Assembly: GCA_036554185.1 (NCBI GenBank)
Contig: DATBNQ010000055.1
Location: forward strand, 7,987 to 71,986
Length of the DNA: 64,000 nt
From: Gemmatimonadaceae bacterium
Lineage (GTDB): Bacteria > Gemmatimonadota > Gemmatimonadetes > Gemmatimonadales > Gemmatimonadaceae
Direction of reading: 5' to 3'
Shown here: piece after piece, positions 1-10,601 of the stretch
Position numbering within the stretch: the stretch's first letter is position 1
Layout: each line of letters starts with the position of its first letter
Notes under the pieces: generated by a model
Seen by the model: the letters and a program-made list of their open reading frames with translations, nothing else
Database searches by the model: none
Told to the model about the DNA's origin: nothing
Made by a program: the position numbers and the translations under genes

Positions 1-1926
1 CCGAGCGAGCAATGGATCAATGTGAGTCCAGCCGCGGATCCGGACGAGAACGTTCGCACCACGAGCTCGCAGCCAATCATGTTCTCGCCGGTCAACAAGC
101 ATGAGCTGCTGGCCGCTTTTCAGTTTGTCGAATCGTCAACGAATGGCGGCGTGACGTGGAAGAAAATCAGCCCTGATCTGACCTATCCCAAAGGCGAATC
201 GCCTCCGCCTGAGCACGCGCCTGCCGCAGCCAGCGGTGCAGCGCGCGTCCCACCGAACCGCAGTGCCATCGAGTCAATGTCTGCCTCGAGCGTTTCGGCC
301 GGTACGATCTGGGTGGGCACGAACAATGGTCTCATCAAGGTCACGCGGGATCACGGCGCAACCTGGCAGGACGCGTCGATTGCCGACCTTCCCAACCGGG
401 CTCGCGCCGACATCTCATCAGTCGATGCGTCACACCAGGATGCAGCCACTGCGTACGTCGCTGTGGATTACCACAGCATCGGTGATTACACGCCGTATCT
501 CTACCGCACGCACGACTACGGCAAGACGTGGACGAAAATCGTCAACGGCATGCGCACGGATCAGCCGAGTGGAAGTTTCGCGCGCGTAGTTCGCAGCGAC
601 CCGGAACGACGCGGTCTGTTGTTCGCAGGCACCGAGAGCTCGGTCTACGTCTCGTTCGATGACGGCGACAACTGGCAGTCGCTCATGCTGAACCTGCCCA
701 ATACTTCGTATCGCGACATCACATTCCACGGCAACGACCTCGTCGTTGGGACTTACGGTCGCGGAATCTGGATCCTGGACGATTACGCAGTACTGCGTCA
801 GGTGACGCCCGAGTTGGCAAGCCAGCCGGCGCATCTGTTCAAGCCGGATGAGACGATTCGCTATCGGCGCAACGTGAACGCCGATACGCCATTCCCGCCA
901 GAAGTGCCGCACGCCCTTAATCCGCCGGACGGCGTCGTCATCTATTACTCGCTTGCGTCGAAGCCGTCATCACCGATCAGTATCGATGTCCTCGACGCAT
1001 CTGGCGCGCTCGTTCGCCACATGTCGAGCGTTGCCGAGCCGCCGGTAAAGGAAGCAGCGGTGCCACCGGAGCCAAACTTCTGGCTCGCGCCTCCGTTTGC
1101 GCTCCCGGCCGAAGCGGGAACCAATCGAACGAACTGGGATCTGCGTTACGATGCCCCGCCGGCGCTGAGCCATAGCTACGAGATCAACGCCAACCCCGGA
1201 CTGACTCCGGCCTCGCCGGAAGGTCCGATGGCCATGCCGGGTGTCTACACAATAAGGCTGACGGTTGATGGAAAGAGCTACACTCAGACTGTCACTGTGA
1301 AGAACGACCCGCGCTCGCCGGCAACGCTGGCAGATGTGCGGGCGCAGCACGACCTGCTGATGAAGATCTACAGCGGAACTCGTGAGTCATGGGACGGCTA
1401 CAATCAGGTGGCCGCCATGCGGCCGGCAGTCGCCGCGCTCACGGCCGCGAACCAGCCTGCCGAGGTGGTTGCAGCAGCCAAGGCGTTCGACGCCAAGCTG
1501 GATTCAGTGGGCGGCGCGGCTGCGGGCGGCAGGCGCGGAGGCTTCCGCGGTGGACCACAGCCGCCGCCGACCTTTGAGCGCCTGAACGGCAGCATGGCCG
1601 GCCAGCTCACAGCCCTCGACAACGGCGACATGGCCCCCACCAAGGCGACCCTGCGTGGCTATGCCGAGAGTTGCACGCAACTGAAGACGACGATTGCGAG
1701 CTGGAAGACCGTAAATACCAGGGACCTGACGACCTTGAACGCGGTGCTCGCGCGTAATCACATCGCGCCGATCCATGCCGCCTCGGTACCTCTCCCCACG
1801 CCGGCGTGCGCCGCCGGCCTGTCGGCACAGGATCTCCGAACCATTGCAACCCATACAGGGACGATGGTGTCTCACTCGCAGGCTCGGGACGACGAGGAGG
1901 GCGACGACGGACCTGGTCCGCGTTGA
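1..1926 (+). CDS. BNR/Asp-box repeat (sortilin/VPS10-like beta-propeller) protein, 5' partial
   Basis: The frame is open from nt 1 (no stop before the GTG at 22), so the gene starts left of the window. Four Asp-box-like SxDxGxTW motifs are present (STNGGVTWKK, TRDHGATWQD, THDYGKTWTK, SFDDGDNWQS). Codons are GC3-rich. Confidence 0.75.
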   Translation, partial: PSEQWINVSPAADPDENVRTTSSQPIMFSPVNKHELLAAFQFVESSTNGGVTWKKISPDLTYPKGESPPPEHAPAAASGAARVPPNRSAIESMSASSVSAGTIWVGTNNGLIKVTRDHGATWQDASIADLPNRARADISSVDASHQDAATAYVAVDYHSIGDYTPYLYRTHDYGKTWTKIVNGMRTDQPSGSFARVVRSDPERRGLLFAGTESSVYVSFDDGDNWQSLMLNLPNTSYRDITFHGNDLVVGTYGRGIWILDDYAVLRQVTPELASQPAHLFKPDETIRYRRNVNADTPFPPEVPHALNPPDGVVIYYSLASKPSSPISIDVLDASGALVRHMSSVAEPPVKEAAVPPEPNFWLAPPFALPAEAGTNRTNWDLRYDAPPALSHSYEINANPGLTPASPEGPMAMPGVYTIRLTVDGKSYTQTVTVKNDPRSPATLADVRAQHDLLMKIYSGTRESWDGYNQVAAMRPAVAALTAANQPAEVVAAAKAFDAKLDSVGGAAAGGRRGGFRGGPQPPPTFERLNGSMAGQLTALDNGDMAPTKATLRGYAESCTQLKTTIASWKTVNTRDLTTLNAVLARNHIAPIHAASVPLPTPACAAGLSAQDLRTIATHTGTMVSHSQARDDEEGDDGPGPR

Positions 1927-1988
1927 CCGCGGTACCAGCTACCAGGTGACGAGTCACGGCGAGTTGACGCCCATCACGGAGATATTGG

Positions 1989-2267
1989 ATGGATCGGGAC
2001 GTTATCAATTTTGGCGGCGTGATGCTGATCTGCCTTTGCAGCCTCTGGGCTCTGACGGCTATCGGAATCCGGGCTCGTCACAGCCTTCGCCGCCAGAAGC
2101 AGCCTGACGCCCTCAGGCCGGACGCGTTTGACGAACGATTCGCTCAGCTTCAGCAGTCGGTGGATGCCATCGCTGTTGAAGTGGAGCGGATCGCCGAAGG
2201 TCAGCGATTCAGCTCCAAGCTCCTCGCCGATTCCAGCCGCAACTCCGCTTATTCGGGAGATCGATGA
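1989..2267 (+). CDS. hypothetical single-pass membrane protein
   Basis: ATG start, an N-terminal hydrophobic helix (VMLICLCSLWALTAIGI) and a charged helical tail. Its stop overlaps the next start (ATGA at 2264-2267). Confidence 0.5.
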   Translation: MDRDVINFGGVMLICLCSLWALTAIGIRARHSLRRQKQPDALRPDAFDERFAQLQQSVDAIAVEVERIAEGQRFSSKLLADSSRNSAYSGDR

Positions 2268-2470
2268 CGTACACAGGCGAGATTCACGACTACGAACCGC
2301 AGGGGCGCGGACACATGCATCGAAGCTACGAGGCGGCGAAGGCCGGTATCAGTTTTGGATCCGCGCTCGCGATCGCGATATCGTGGAGCGAACACCATTC
2401 CATCATCTGGGCGATAATCCACGGGTTTCTATCGTGGCTCTACGTCGCCTGGTACGCGGTGATGCGATAA
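2264..2470 (+). CDS. small two-TM membrane protein of unknown function
   Basis: 68 aa with two hydrophobic helices (ISFGSALAIAISW, IIWAIIHGFLSWLYVAWYAV). Translationally coupled to the upstream ORF. Confidence 0.55.
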   Translation: MTYTGEIHDYEPQGRGHMHRSYEAAKAGISFGSALAIAISWSEHHSIIWAIIHGFLSWLYVAWYAVMR

Positions 2471-2495
2471 AGCAGCACCCCCGCGTACTCTCTGT

Positions 2496-4322
2496 CTACT
2501 CTACGGTTACCGACTTCGCCAGGTTCCGCGGCTGATCGACGTTGGATCCGCGTTTCACGGCAATGAAGTACGCAAGCAGTTGGAGCGGCACGGACGCAAG
2601 AATCGGTGTTACGAGATCCAGTGTTTCTGGGATCCTGAATTCGTAGTCGATCAACCCTGTGAGCGATGGCTCGAGCCGGCTTGTGATCGCGATCACCTTG
2701 CCCTTGCGCGCCTTCACTTCCTGCACATTCGAGACGACTTTCTCGAACACCGAATCGTGCGGTGCAATGAACACGACCGGCATCATCTCGTCGATGAGTG
2801 CGATCGGCCCGTGCTTCATCTCAGCGGCCGGATATCCTTCGGCGTGGATGTAGCTTATTTCCTTGAGCTTGAGCGCCCCCTCGAGGGCGGTTGGGAAGTT
2901 GTAACCGCGCCCGAGGTAGAGAAAGTTCGACGCGCGCTTGAACTCCTCGGCCAGCGCTTCGATTTCGTCCGCACGATCGAGCACGTTCTGCACCTGCCCG
3001 GGGAGCGCGTGGAGCGCCTCGACGATTTCACGTCCGCGCACCGGTGACAGTGCACGCAACCGGGCTAGCTTGAGCGTGAAGAGCAGCAGCGCAGTTACCT
3101 GGCTCGAGAACGCCTTGGTCGATGCAACACCGATCTCCGGACCGGCGTGAATGTATGATCCGCCGTCTGACTCGCGGGCGATGGTGGAGCCGACCACGTT
3201 GACGATTCCCAGCGTCCGCGCACCGCGATGCTTCGCCTCGCGCATGGCCGCAAGAGTATCGGCCGTCTCACCGGATTGCGATATCACGATGCACAGCGTT
3301 CGGTCCGACACCACCGGATTCCGATAGCGGAATTCCGACGCATACTCGACCTTGGTCGGGATGCGCGCGAGATCCTCCAGCATCATGCCGCCAATCAGCG
3401 CTGAATGCCAGCTCGTGCCGCACGCGGTGAGCACGATGTTGTCGAAACGAAGCAATTCCTCATCTGTGAGGTTGAGGCCCCCGAGCTTCGCCGTCCCCGT
3501 ATCATCGAGCAGACGTCCGCGCATCGTGTTCTCGATCGTTTGCGGCTGCTCGAAGATCTCCTTGAGCATGAAGTGCGCGTAACCGCCACGCTCGATCTGG
3601 CCCAGATCCCAGTCCACCTTGCTCACGTTGCGCCGCATCTCGCGAGCGTCGTTGTCGAGCACTCGATAGCCGTTGCGATCCAGGACTGCGATGTCGCCGT
3701 CGTCCAGATACACAACCTGGCGCGTGTGTGCGAGGATCGCGGATACGTCGCTCGCCACGTAGTACTCGCCTTCGCCAAGTCCAAGAAGCAATGGACTTCC
3801 CTTGCGAGCTGCGACAAGCTTGTTCGGATCGCGGCTCGATACCACCGCGATGCCGTATGTCCCCTCGACCTGCGATAGCGCGTCCATCACGGCCTGCTCG
3901 AGCGAGTCCTCGTAAGCCTCCTGAATCAGGTGCGCAAGGACCTCGGTGTCAGTCTCCGACACGAACTTGTAACCGAGCGCCTGCAGCTTGCTGCGAAGCA
4001 GCGAGAAGTTTTCGATTATCCCGTTGTGAACTACCGCGACGGTGCCGTCCATCGACACGTGCGGGTGGGCATTGCACTCGTTGGGCGCCCCGTGGGTGGC
4101 CCATCGGGTATGAGCGATGCCGACATTTCCGGATAGCGGCATGGCGCTCAGCACGGCTTCCAGCTTGGATATCTTGCCGGCCGCCTTTCGAGTTTCGACC
4201 CCGTTGCCGTTCATCACGGCAACGCCAGCCGAGTCGTAGCCCCGGTATTCGAGTCGCTTCAACCCTTCCAGAAGAAGCGGGCTCGCACCCTTGTCACCGA
4301 TGTAGCCGACTATTCCACACAT
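2496..4322 (-). CDS. glmS: glutamine--fructose-6-phosphate aminotransferase (isomerizing)
   Basis: N-terminal MCGIVGYIG (Ntn amidotransferase Cys2), two SIS domains, typical C-terminal LAKSVTVE, 608 aa. Confidence 0.97.
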   Translation of the reverse strand: MCGIVGYIGDKGASPLLLEGLKRLEYRGYDSAGVAVMNGNGVETRKAAGKISKLEAVLSAMPLSGNVGIAHTRWATHGAPNECNAHPHVSMDGTVAVVHNGIIENFSLLRSKLQALGYKFVSETDTEVLAHLIQEAYEDSLEQAVMDALSQVEGTYGIAVVSSRDPNKLVAARKGSPLLLGLGEGEYYVASDVSAILAHTRQVVYLDDGDIAVLDRNGYRVLDNDAREMRRNVSKVDWDLGQIERGGYAHFMLKEIFEQPQTIENTMRGRLLDDTGTAKLGGLNLTDEELLRFDNIVLTACGTSWHSALIGGMMLEDLARIPTKVEYASEFRYRNPVVSDRTLCIVISQSGETADTLAAMREAKHRGARTLGIVNVVGSTIARESDGGSYIHAGPEIGVASTKAFSSQVTALLLFTLKLARLRALSPVRGREIVEALHALPGQVQNVLDRADEIEALAEEFKRASNFLYLGRGYNFPTALEGALKLKEISYIHAEGYPAAEMKHGPIALIDEMMPVVFIAPHDSVFEKVVSNVQEVKARKGKVIAITSRLEPSLTGLIDYEFRIPETLDLVTPILASVPLQLLAYFIAVKRGSNVDQPRNLAKSVTVE

Positions 4323-4420
4323 GCAATAAGTCTGTCGTTTGGGAAATACTTTCCTGAATGGGCCAGCTGCCGCATGCAGCCCAATTTAGAAGCCGGGAGC
4401 ATACCGGGCTATGCCGAAAC

Positions 4421-4467
4421 GCGAGTGGGCGGAAAACCGGTTTCAGGCCGGCTTTCCGCCCACTCGC
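4421..4467 (-). terminator. strong stem-loop downstream of the 4501-5748 gene, in the glmS upstream spacer
   Basis: Perfect 15-bp inverted repeat GCGAGTGGGCGGAAA / TTTCCGCCCACTCGC, with an inner CCGG..CCGG pairing. It lies 34 nt after the stop of the upstream minus-strand gene. The U-tract is weak (GTTTCGG). Confidence 0.5.
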
Positions 4468-4500
4468 AACCTGGTCGGACAATTGTAGGTTTCGACCCGC

Positions 4501-5748
4501 CTATGGCTTGGCTGGAGTCGAGGACACAGGCCGGGGCGGCGCCGGTGGCGCCGGTGGGACCCGCATCGACTCCCGCACCGCTCTCTGCTGGGTTTCGTTT
4601 TGGGGCGCCTGTCTCATCGCCGGTGCTGGAGGCAATTGTGGATTCGGAGAAAGCCGCGGATTCGGGGCGAGTTGCGGCGAGCCGGCAACGACCGGCCCAT
4701 CTCGCGGGGCACGGCCCCTGATCTCCGGGTGTTCCGCGTAATCCCCGGAGTGCCTCCGTTCGGCGTGTCCGCCGATTATCTCGAGCTGGACTCCCGGACC
4801 CACCGTGACAGCCGGCTGGGCTGGCTGCTCATCGCCGTTGGCGGCCGTGTACATCACCCGCTGTGCGGCACCTTCGCGGGCAATTGCTGCGCGACGGTCC
4901 GCGTCACTCACTCGCTTGCCGACGATTGTCGGGAGGATAGTCGGAGATTCGGAGCCCACCACGAGATTCGCTGCGCCACCCGTCGCTACCGGTGCGGCAG
5001 CTGCCGCAGACGCCGACGCGGTCTGCTGGACGGGCGGTTTCGGCGCGCTCGGCCGAACTCGCACGTCACCCGGGCAACCCGGAAATGGATAGTTGTAAGG
5101 CACCGCCGCAGTGCTGCCGTTGGCGCATACCCTCATCATGTACTGACTCCGCGCCATCGAGGATCGACTATTGGAACTGAGTGACTGCTCCGTCGTCCCC
5201 CTTGGCCACAGTGTGTACACATCGGAATCCCACGACTGATCATCCCCGAGTGCGATCGCGTTGTTCACGATCGCGTCAAACGCAACATCCGCGTAGAACG
5301 AGCGCGAATCGTTCACGCCAACTGCGGAAGCAAGGCGCATGGGACGGTGGACATACCGCGCAACATCAAGTGGATGACGCGACGCGATTACATAGAGATA
5401 GGCGGGTCCGTCCAGCTTCGGACCGAGTACGACGTTGTACGCGTCGTTGTCGAACGATCCTCCGATGAGCTCATCGACGTTGTACCCCGCGCGCTGAAGC
5501 CGCTCCGAAGCATTGATCAGAGGATAGAGCAGTCGCACACCAGATCCCGGATATACAATAAACGCGGCAACGTACGCCGGTTCGCTCAACACGTAGCGCA
5601 GTGGTTCGTGTGTCCGCGGTGACGGCGGCAACAACAGTACCTTTACACCGCGTTCGGAAGCGTTGGCAAACTTGTCGTTCGCACTGGTCTGCGCAGAAAG
5701 CGCGGTGGCCAACATGGAGACGCCGGCGATAAGGACTGTCTTCCTCAT
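4501..5748 (-). CDS. secreted hypothetical protein with Pro-rich C-terminus (possibly DUF4384-like N-domain)
   Basis: Signal peptide MRKTVLIAGVSMLATALSAQ. The segment AYVAAFIVYPGSGVRLLYP resembles DUF4384 from memory. The C-terminal third is Pro/Ala-rich. Confidence 0.6.
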   Translation of the reverse strand: MRKTVLIAGVSMLATALSAQTSANDKFANASERGVKVLLLPPSPRTHEPLRYVLSEPAYVAAFIVYPGSGVRLLYPLINASERLQRAGYNVDELIGGSFDNDAYNVVLGPKLDGPAYLYVIASRHPLDVARYVHRPMRLASAVGVNDSRSFYADVAFDAIVNNAIALGDDQSWDSDVYTLWPRGTTEQSLSSNSRSSMARSQYMMRVCANGSTAAVPYNYPFPGCPGDVRVRPSAPKPPVQQTASASAAAAAPVATGGAANLVVGSESPTILPTIVGKRVSDADRRAAIAREGAAQRVMYTAANGDEQPAQPAVTVGPGVQLEIIGGHAERRHSGDYAEHPEIRGRAPRDGPVVAGSPQLAPNPRLSPNPQLPPAPAMRQAPQNETQQRAVRESMRVPPAPPAPPRPVSSTPAKP

Positions 5749-5878
5749 AACGACCTCTTGCGTGGGTTCAGCTGCAGTAGCTCCCGTGCATCCCGCGTGC
5801 CCCGGCGGTCAATCACCTGCGTAAATAATACGGCCCATCACGGGAAACGCTACAACAAATTCACGATGTGATAATCGC

Positions 5879-7255
5879 TCACGCTGCTGTCAGTCTCTCG
5901 ACAGCTTCGCGGCCTGCGAGAATCATCGCTTTTGCAGCGTCCGCAGTCGGCGCCTCGGCGATCACACGCACAATTGGCTCGGTCCCTGACGGTCGTACGT
6001 GCAACCAGCGATCGGACCATGAAAGTCGCATTCCGTCCTGTGTATCGACATCCGCGTCGGGGAAAGTGGTGCGCAGAATCCTGTATACCGAATCCAGTGG
6101 CGCGGAGGGAAGATCGAGTTTGTCCTTCACGATCGAGTAGCGCGGATAGTCGCTCACGATGGCGGATAGAGAGCGGTCTTCCTGATGCAGCAACTGCAGA
6201 ATCAGCGCAACACCGACTGGCGCATCGCGGCCGAGGTGCATCTCGGTAAGGATTACACCGCCGTTTCCCTCGCCGCCAATCGCTGCACCCTCGCTACGCA
6301 TCCGAGTGGCGACGTTCACCTCACCCACTGGTGCACGCACGACTGCGCGACCTGCACGTTCGGCGACGTCGTCGACGATTCGGCTCGTTGAGAGATTGGT
6401 TACCACCGGTCCGTCGCGATGCCCAAGCACCACGCTCGCCGCCAGAGCAAGAGTGTAATCCTCTCCGATTGCCCTGCCTTCGTCCGACACGAGTGCGAGG
6501 CGATCGACATCCGGATCGACAGCGAAGCCGACTGCGGCGCCGCATTTCTTCACCAGCGCCTCGAGTTCGCCAAGATTCTCCGCGACCGGTTCCGGGGGAC
6601 GCGGAAACCGGCCGTCCACTTCCATGTTGATACCGGAAACGATGCAGCCGAAACGGTCGAGCAGAGTCGGCATGAACCGTCCGCCCGCTCCGCGAACGCA
6701 GTCGAGCGCTACATGAAACCTTCGCGCGCGAATGCCATCTACGTCTATGAAGGGAAGCGCCAGTATCGCGTCGATGTGTCGTTGAATCGCTGCGTCGTCG
6801 GTCTCAACTGTGCCGATGCGGTCCCATGTCGCTCGCGCGAAAGGAGATTCGACCACTGCGCGCATCTCACGCGCTTCGTTGCCATCCAGGAACAAACCGG
6901 ATGGTCCGATGAACTTGAGCGCGTTCCATTCGATCGGATTGTGGCTCGCCGTTATTCCGAGGCCGCCAGCTGCGTGATGGTGCTCCACCGCAAGCTGAAT
7001 CGTTGGCGTGGGAACGATGCCCAGGTCGATGATATGCGCCCCAACACTCTCCAGTGCGGCGATCACGGCGTGATGAAACATCGGGCCGCTTACTCGACTG
7101 TCGCGTCCAAGCACGATCACCTGGCTGTCCGCGGCGCGGGACAATGCCCAGTGACCAAAACCCGCCGCAAACTTGCCGACGATCTCGGGAGTCAACGCTT
7201 CACCGACGCGCCCGCGCACGCCGGAGACACTTACCATCAGGCCAGGATAATCCAT
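5879..7255 (-). CDS. phosphohexomutase family enzyme (phosphoglucosamine mutase / phosphomannomutase)
   Basis: Active-site loop GITASHNP, metal loop FAVDPDVDR, four-domain length. Start taken at the ATG giving MDYPGLMVSVSGVRG; the ATG at 7237 is also possible. Lies near glmS. Confidence 0.88.
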   Translation of the reverse strand: MDYPGLMVSVSGVRGRVGEALTPEIVGKFAAGFGHWALSRAADSQVIVLGRDSRVSGPMFHHAVIAALESVGAHIIDLGIVPTPTIQLAVEHHHAAGGLGITASHNPIEWNALKFIGPSGLFLDGNEAREMRAVVESPFARATWDRIGTVETDDAAIQRHIDAILALPFIDVDGIRARRFHVALDCVRGAGGRFMPTLLDRFGCIVSGINMEVDGRFPRPPEPVAENLGELEALVKKCGAAVGFAVDPDVDRLALVSDEGRAIGEDYTLALAASVVLGHRDGPVVTNLSTSRIVDDVAERAGRAVVRAPVGEVNVATRMRSEGAAIGGEGNGGVILTEMHLGRDAPVGVALILQLLHQEDRSLSAIVSDYPRYSIVKDKLDLPSAPLDSVYRILRTTFPDADVDTQDGMRLSWSDRWLHVRPSGTEPIVRVIAEAPTADAAKAMILAGREAVERLTAA

Positions 7256-7352
7256 TGGGCAGAAAAAAGCTGATGCCCGCGCGGAACGCACGGGCATCAG
7301 CCAAATCTACGCTGTCCTGCGGCGAATCGAAGGCTTACGCAGCGGACAACGA

Positions 7353-8381
7353 TTATGTCGCCAGCCGCTCGCGGCGAATCACGTTGATAAATGCCGTCGC
7401 AAGTTCGGGATCGAACTGAGTTCCCGCACACCGCGCGATCTCGCTGATCGCGTCGTCCGGCGACATGAAGCGACCTCGGCGATACGCGCGACCGCTCGTC
7501 ATTGCGTCGAACGCGTCGGCGACTCCCGCTATCCGGGCTTCCACGGGAATGTTCATCCCGGCAAGTCTGTCGGGAATCCCGCGCCCGTCGAAGCGCTCAT
7601 GATGCGATCGGACAATGCTGAGGGCCACCGGTTCCTCGCCGAGGAGTGGCGAAAGAATCTGCCAGCCGAGCATCGGATGCGTCATGATGTGCTGGTACTC
7701 CTCGTCGGTCAGCGGTCCTTCCTTGTTGAGAACCGCCTCCCGAACGCCGATCTTGCCGATATCGTGGACCTGGCCGCCCAACTCTATCTGCCGCACCATC
7801 GACTCGGCCAGTCCGATCTCGCGGGCCAGGAGCGAGGAGTACTGGCTCACCCGGATCGAGTGCCCCCGGGTGTACTGGTCCTTCACCTCCAGCGCCTGCA
7901 CCAGCGCCTGCACGCCGCCCAGGAACAATTCCTCGAGCCGGCGGGCCTGGGCGGCTACAAGACGCTCCAGCCCGGTCTGATAATCCCGGTTTTCGAGGAT
8001 TAGCCGGCGCTTCTCCATCGCCTGCCCCACCCGTGCCAGCACTTCCTCCAGATGGAACGGTTTGGTCAGATAATCCATCGCCCCGTTGGCCAGGCAACTG
8101 AGGGCCAGCTCGACGTCCGCAACGGCGGTGATCAGGATGACGGCAAGATCCGGGTACTTGGCTCGCGACTGCCGAAGGAGCTCGATGCCGTCCATACGGG
8201 GCATCCGAAGGTCGCTGAGCAGCAGGGCAGCCGGAACCGTCTCCAGCCGCTCCAGAGCTTCGACCCCATCCGACGCTTCCAGACAGGTGAAACCGTCGCT
8301 CGTCATCAGCCTGACGAGCACCTGCCGTAGCCGCGGCTCATCGTCCGCAATTACACAAAACATGGGCGCGGGCGCCGTCAC
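7353..8381 (-). CDS. response regulator with HD-GYP output domain (RpfG-like c-di-GMP phosphodiesterase)
   Basis: Receiver domain (VIADDEP ... LLLSDLRMPRMDG ... KPF) followed by HD-GYP motifs (HDIGKIGV, HHERFDGRGIP). Confidence 0.9.
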   Translation of the reverse strand: MTAPAPMFCVIADDEPRLRQVLVRLMTSDGFTCLEASDGVEALERLETVPAALLLSDLRMPRMDGIELLRQSRAKYPDLAVILITAVADVELALSCLANGAMDYLTKPFHLEEVLARVGQAMEKRRLILENRDYQTGLERLVAAQARRLEELFLGGVQALVQALEVKDQYTRGHSIRVSQYSSLLAREIGLAESMVRQIELGGQVHDIGKIGVREAVLNKEGPLTDEEYQHIMTHPMLGWQILSPLLGEEPVALSIVRSHHERFDGRGIPDRLAGMNIPVEARIAGVADAFDAMTSGRAYRRGRFMSPDDAISEIARCAGTQFDPELATAFINVIRRERLAT

Positions 8382-8439
8382 GTCATGATCTCCCTCATAT
8401 TTCCAAGACGAATTCTAGCCTCCGATCCAACCACCTGCC

Positions 8440-9603
8440 ATGACGAAGATCTTCGACGAAGACATGTCCGCTGCCTTCGGGACCCGCGCAATTCACGCCG
8501 GACAGCGCCCGGACCCGCTTTCTGGTGCGATAATGACTCCCATATACCAGACGTCCACTTACGTGCAGGAAGCCCTCGGAGTGAACAAGGGCTACGAGTA
8601 CGCGCGTGGCAAGAATCCAACACGGGAGGCACTCGAGCGCAATGTCGCAGCCCTGGAAGGCGCCCGGCACGGGTTTGCCTTCTCCAGCGGCATGGGATGC
8701 CTCGACTCGATAATGAAACTCTTCAAATCGGGAGATCATTTCGTCGTTGGTGAGAATGTCTACGGCGGCACCTACAGACTGTTCGACAAGATACTCCGCA
8801 ACTACGGAATGACATTTACGTACGTGGACACACGCGATCCGCAGCTGATCGCTGACGCGTGCACGAGCGCTACGGCGGCCATAATCGTCGAAACGCCGAC
8901 CAACCCGCTCATGCGGCTTACCGACCTACGCGCCGCGGCGGATATTGCCCACTTGCATCACGCGCTCCTCATCGTCGACAATACCTTCGCGTCGCCATAC
9001 TTTCAGCAACCGTTCTCGCTCGGCGCCGACATCGTGTGGCATTCGTCCACAAAATATCTCAACGGCCATAGCGACATGGTCGGCGGAATCGCCCTCGTCA
9101 ATGACGACGATCTCGCGGCCCGCGTGCAGTTTATTCTGAACGCGTCGGGCGCAGTACCGGGCCCGATGGACGCGTGGCTCGTCCTGCGCGGTACCAAGAC
9201 GCTGCATCTGCGCATGGAACGGCACGACAGCAACGGCCGCGCAATCGCGGCATGGCTTGCCGACAAGGTCGGTGAGAAGAACGTGTTCTATCCGGGCCTG
9301 GAATCGCATCCGCAACACGCGCTCGCAACCAGACAGATGTCCGGTTTCGGCGGCATGATTTCCGTGGAAACCGGCAGCCGCGAGCGTGCTGCGCGTGTGC
9401 TGAACCGCGTGCATGTCTTCTCGCTCGCCGAATCGCTTGGCGGGGTCGAGAGTCTCATCAATCAACCCGCCGAAATGACGCACGCATCCGTGGAGCCTGC
9501 ACGGCGCGCTCAGCTCGGGATCACCGACGGGCTCGTACGACTGTCGTGCGGTGTCGAAGATGTAGGCGACCTCATTGCGGACCTCGACCAGGCTCTCAAA
9601 TGA
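8440..9603 (+). CDS. Cys/Met-metabolism PLP-dependent enzyme (cystathionine gamma-synthase/beta- or gamma-lyase family)
   Basis: Family-typical YARGKNPT and the PLP-lysine motif SSTKYLNGHSD. 387 aa. Confidence 0.9.
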   Translation: MTKIFDEDMSAAFGTRAIHAGQRPDPLSGAIMTPIYQTSTYVQEALGVNKGYEYARGKNPTREALERNVAALEGARHGFAFSSGMGCLDSIMKLFKSGDHFVVGENVYGGTYRLFDKILRNYGMTFTYVDTRDPQLIADACTSATAAIIVETPTNPLMRLTDLRAAADIAHLHHALLIVDNTFASPYFQQPFSLGADIVWHSSTKYLNGHSDMVGGIALVNDDDLAARVQFILNASGAVPGPMDAWLVLRGTKTLHLRMERHDSNGRAIAAWLADKVGEKNVFYPGLESHPQHALATRQMSGFGGMISVETGSRERAARVLNRVHVFSLAESLGGVESLINQPAEMTHASVEPARRAQLGITDGLVRLSCGVEDVGDLIADLDQALK

Positions 9604-10601
9604 CCGACTCCCTTCCCGTACCAGCGCCGTTCACTCGTCGCACACTCACCCAGATAGCTCCCGTAGCATGGGAGCATCCGGCCGATCGCGCCGCCCTTCA
9701 AACACTGCGTGCGATTCCAGGACTGGACGAGCTCGTACGAAAGGTCATGAGCTTTCTCGGTGAGCGCGGCGTCCGCCAGCTTTTCACCGCTGATTCCGTG
9801 CGCGTCAACGAACGGCAGCGACCGAAACTTCACGCGCTTTATACCGAGGTTCTCGAGACGCTGGATTGGCCAGAGCGCCCTGATCTGTTTGTCACGCAAA
9901 CACCTTTCGTCAATGCGATGGCGGTCGGCTTCGAGAAGCCATTTATCGTCGTCCACACTGGCGCGCTCGGGATGCTCGCGGAACCCCAACAACGTGTGCT
10001 GCTCGGACACGAAGTGGGCCACGTGATGAGCGGCCACTCCACGTACTCGACTCTTGCACTGCTGTTCCTGTCGTTCGGATTCAATGCGATTCCCGGACTC
10101 GGACTCATCGCACTCCCAATTCAGCTCGCGCTGCTCGAGTGGTACCGCAAGGCTGAATTCTCGGCCGATCGCGCAGGACTCCTCGCGTCACAGCAACCAC
10201 TCGAAACGATGCGCATGTTCCTGCTCTTCGCCGGCGGCACGAGCGATGCCGATGAAACCAGCCTCGATGAGTTCCTGGTCCAGGCACAGCAGTACGAGAG
10301 CGACACGGGGGCGGTCAATCTTCTCTTCAAGCTGCTCAACGTGGCTGGCCGCACGCACCCGTTCAACACGGTCCGCGCCGCGGAGCTGCAGCGCTGGATT
10401 CAGACCGGCGGTTATGACACCATCATCGGCGGAGAATACCCCCGTCGCGGACCCGGCGCGGAACGCCCTCTCACCGATGATTATGCGGACGCGGCGGATT
10501 ACTACGGCGATAAGGTGAAGGGAATGATGAACCAGATGGCAGATGCTGCACGGCGCGCGACCGACACGATGAACAACGCATTCCGCGACGAATCAGAGTG
10601 A
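9600..10601 (+). CDS. M48-family zinc metallopeptidase
   Basis: HEVGHVMSGH zinc motif, hydrophobic helices after it, downstream EFSADR. Start set to the ATG at 9600, which overlaps the preceding TGA (ATGA). Confidence 0.85.
   Translation: MTDSLPVPAPFTRRTLTQIAPVAWEHPADRAALQTLRAIPGLDELVRKVMSFLGERGVRQLFTADSVRVNERQRPKLHALYTEVLETLDWPERPDLFVTQTPFVNAMAVGFEKPFIVVHTGALGMLAEPQQRVLLGHEVGHVMSGHSTYSTLALLFLSFGFNAIPGLGLIALPIQLALLEWYRKAEFSADRAGLLASQQPLETMRMFLLFAGGTSDADETSLDEFLVQAQQYESDTGAVNLLFKLLNVAGRTHPFNTVRAAELQRWIQTGGYDTIIGGEYPRRGPGAERPLTDDYADAADYYGDKVKGMMNQMADAARRATDTMNNAFRDESE

Noticed and set aside
4323-4500. Possible glmS ribozyme or other riboswitch in the glmS 5' region.
   Set aside because: I see none of the conserved glmS ribozyme core. 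The only strong structure is the 4421-4467 hairpin, which is better explained as the terminator of the upstream gene.
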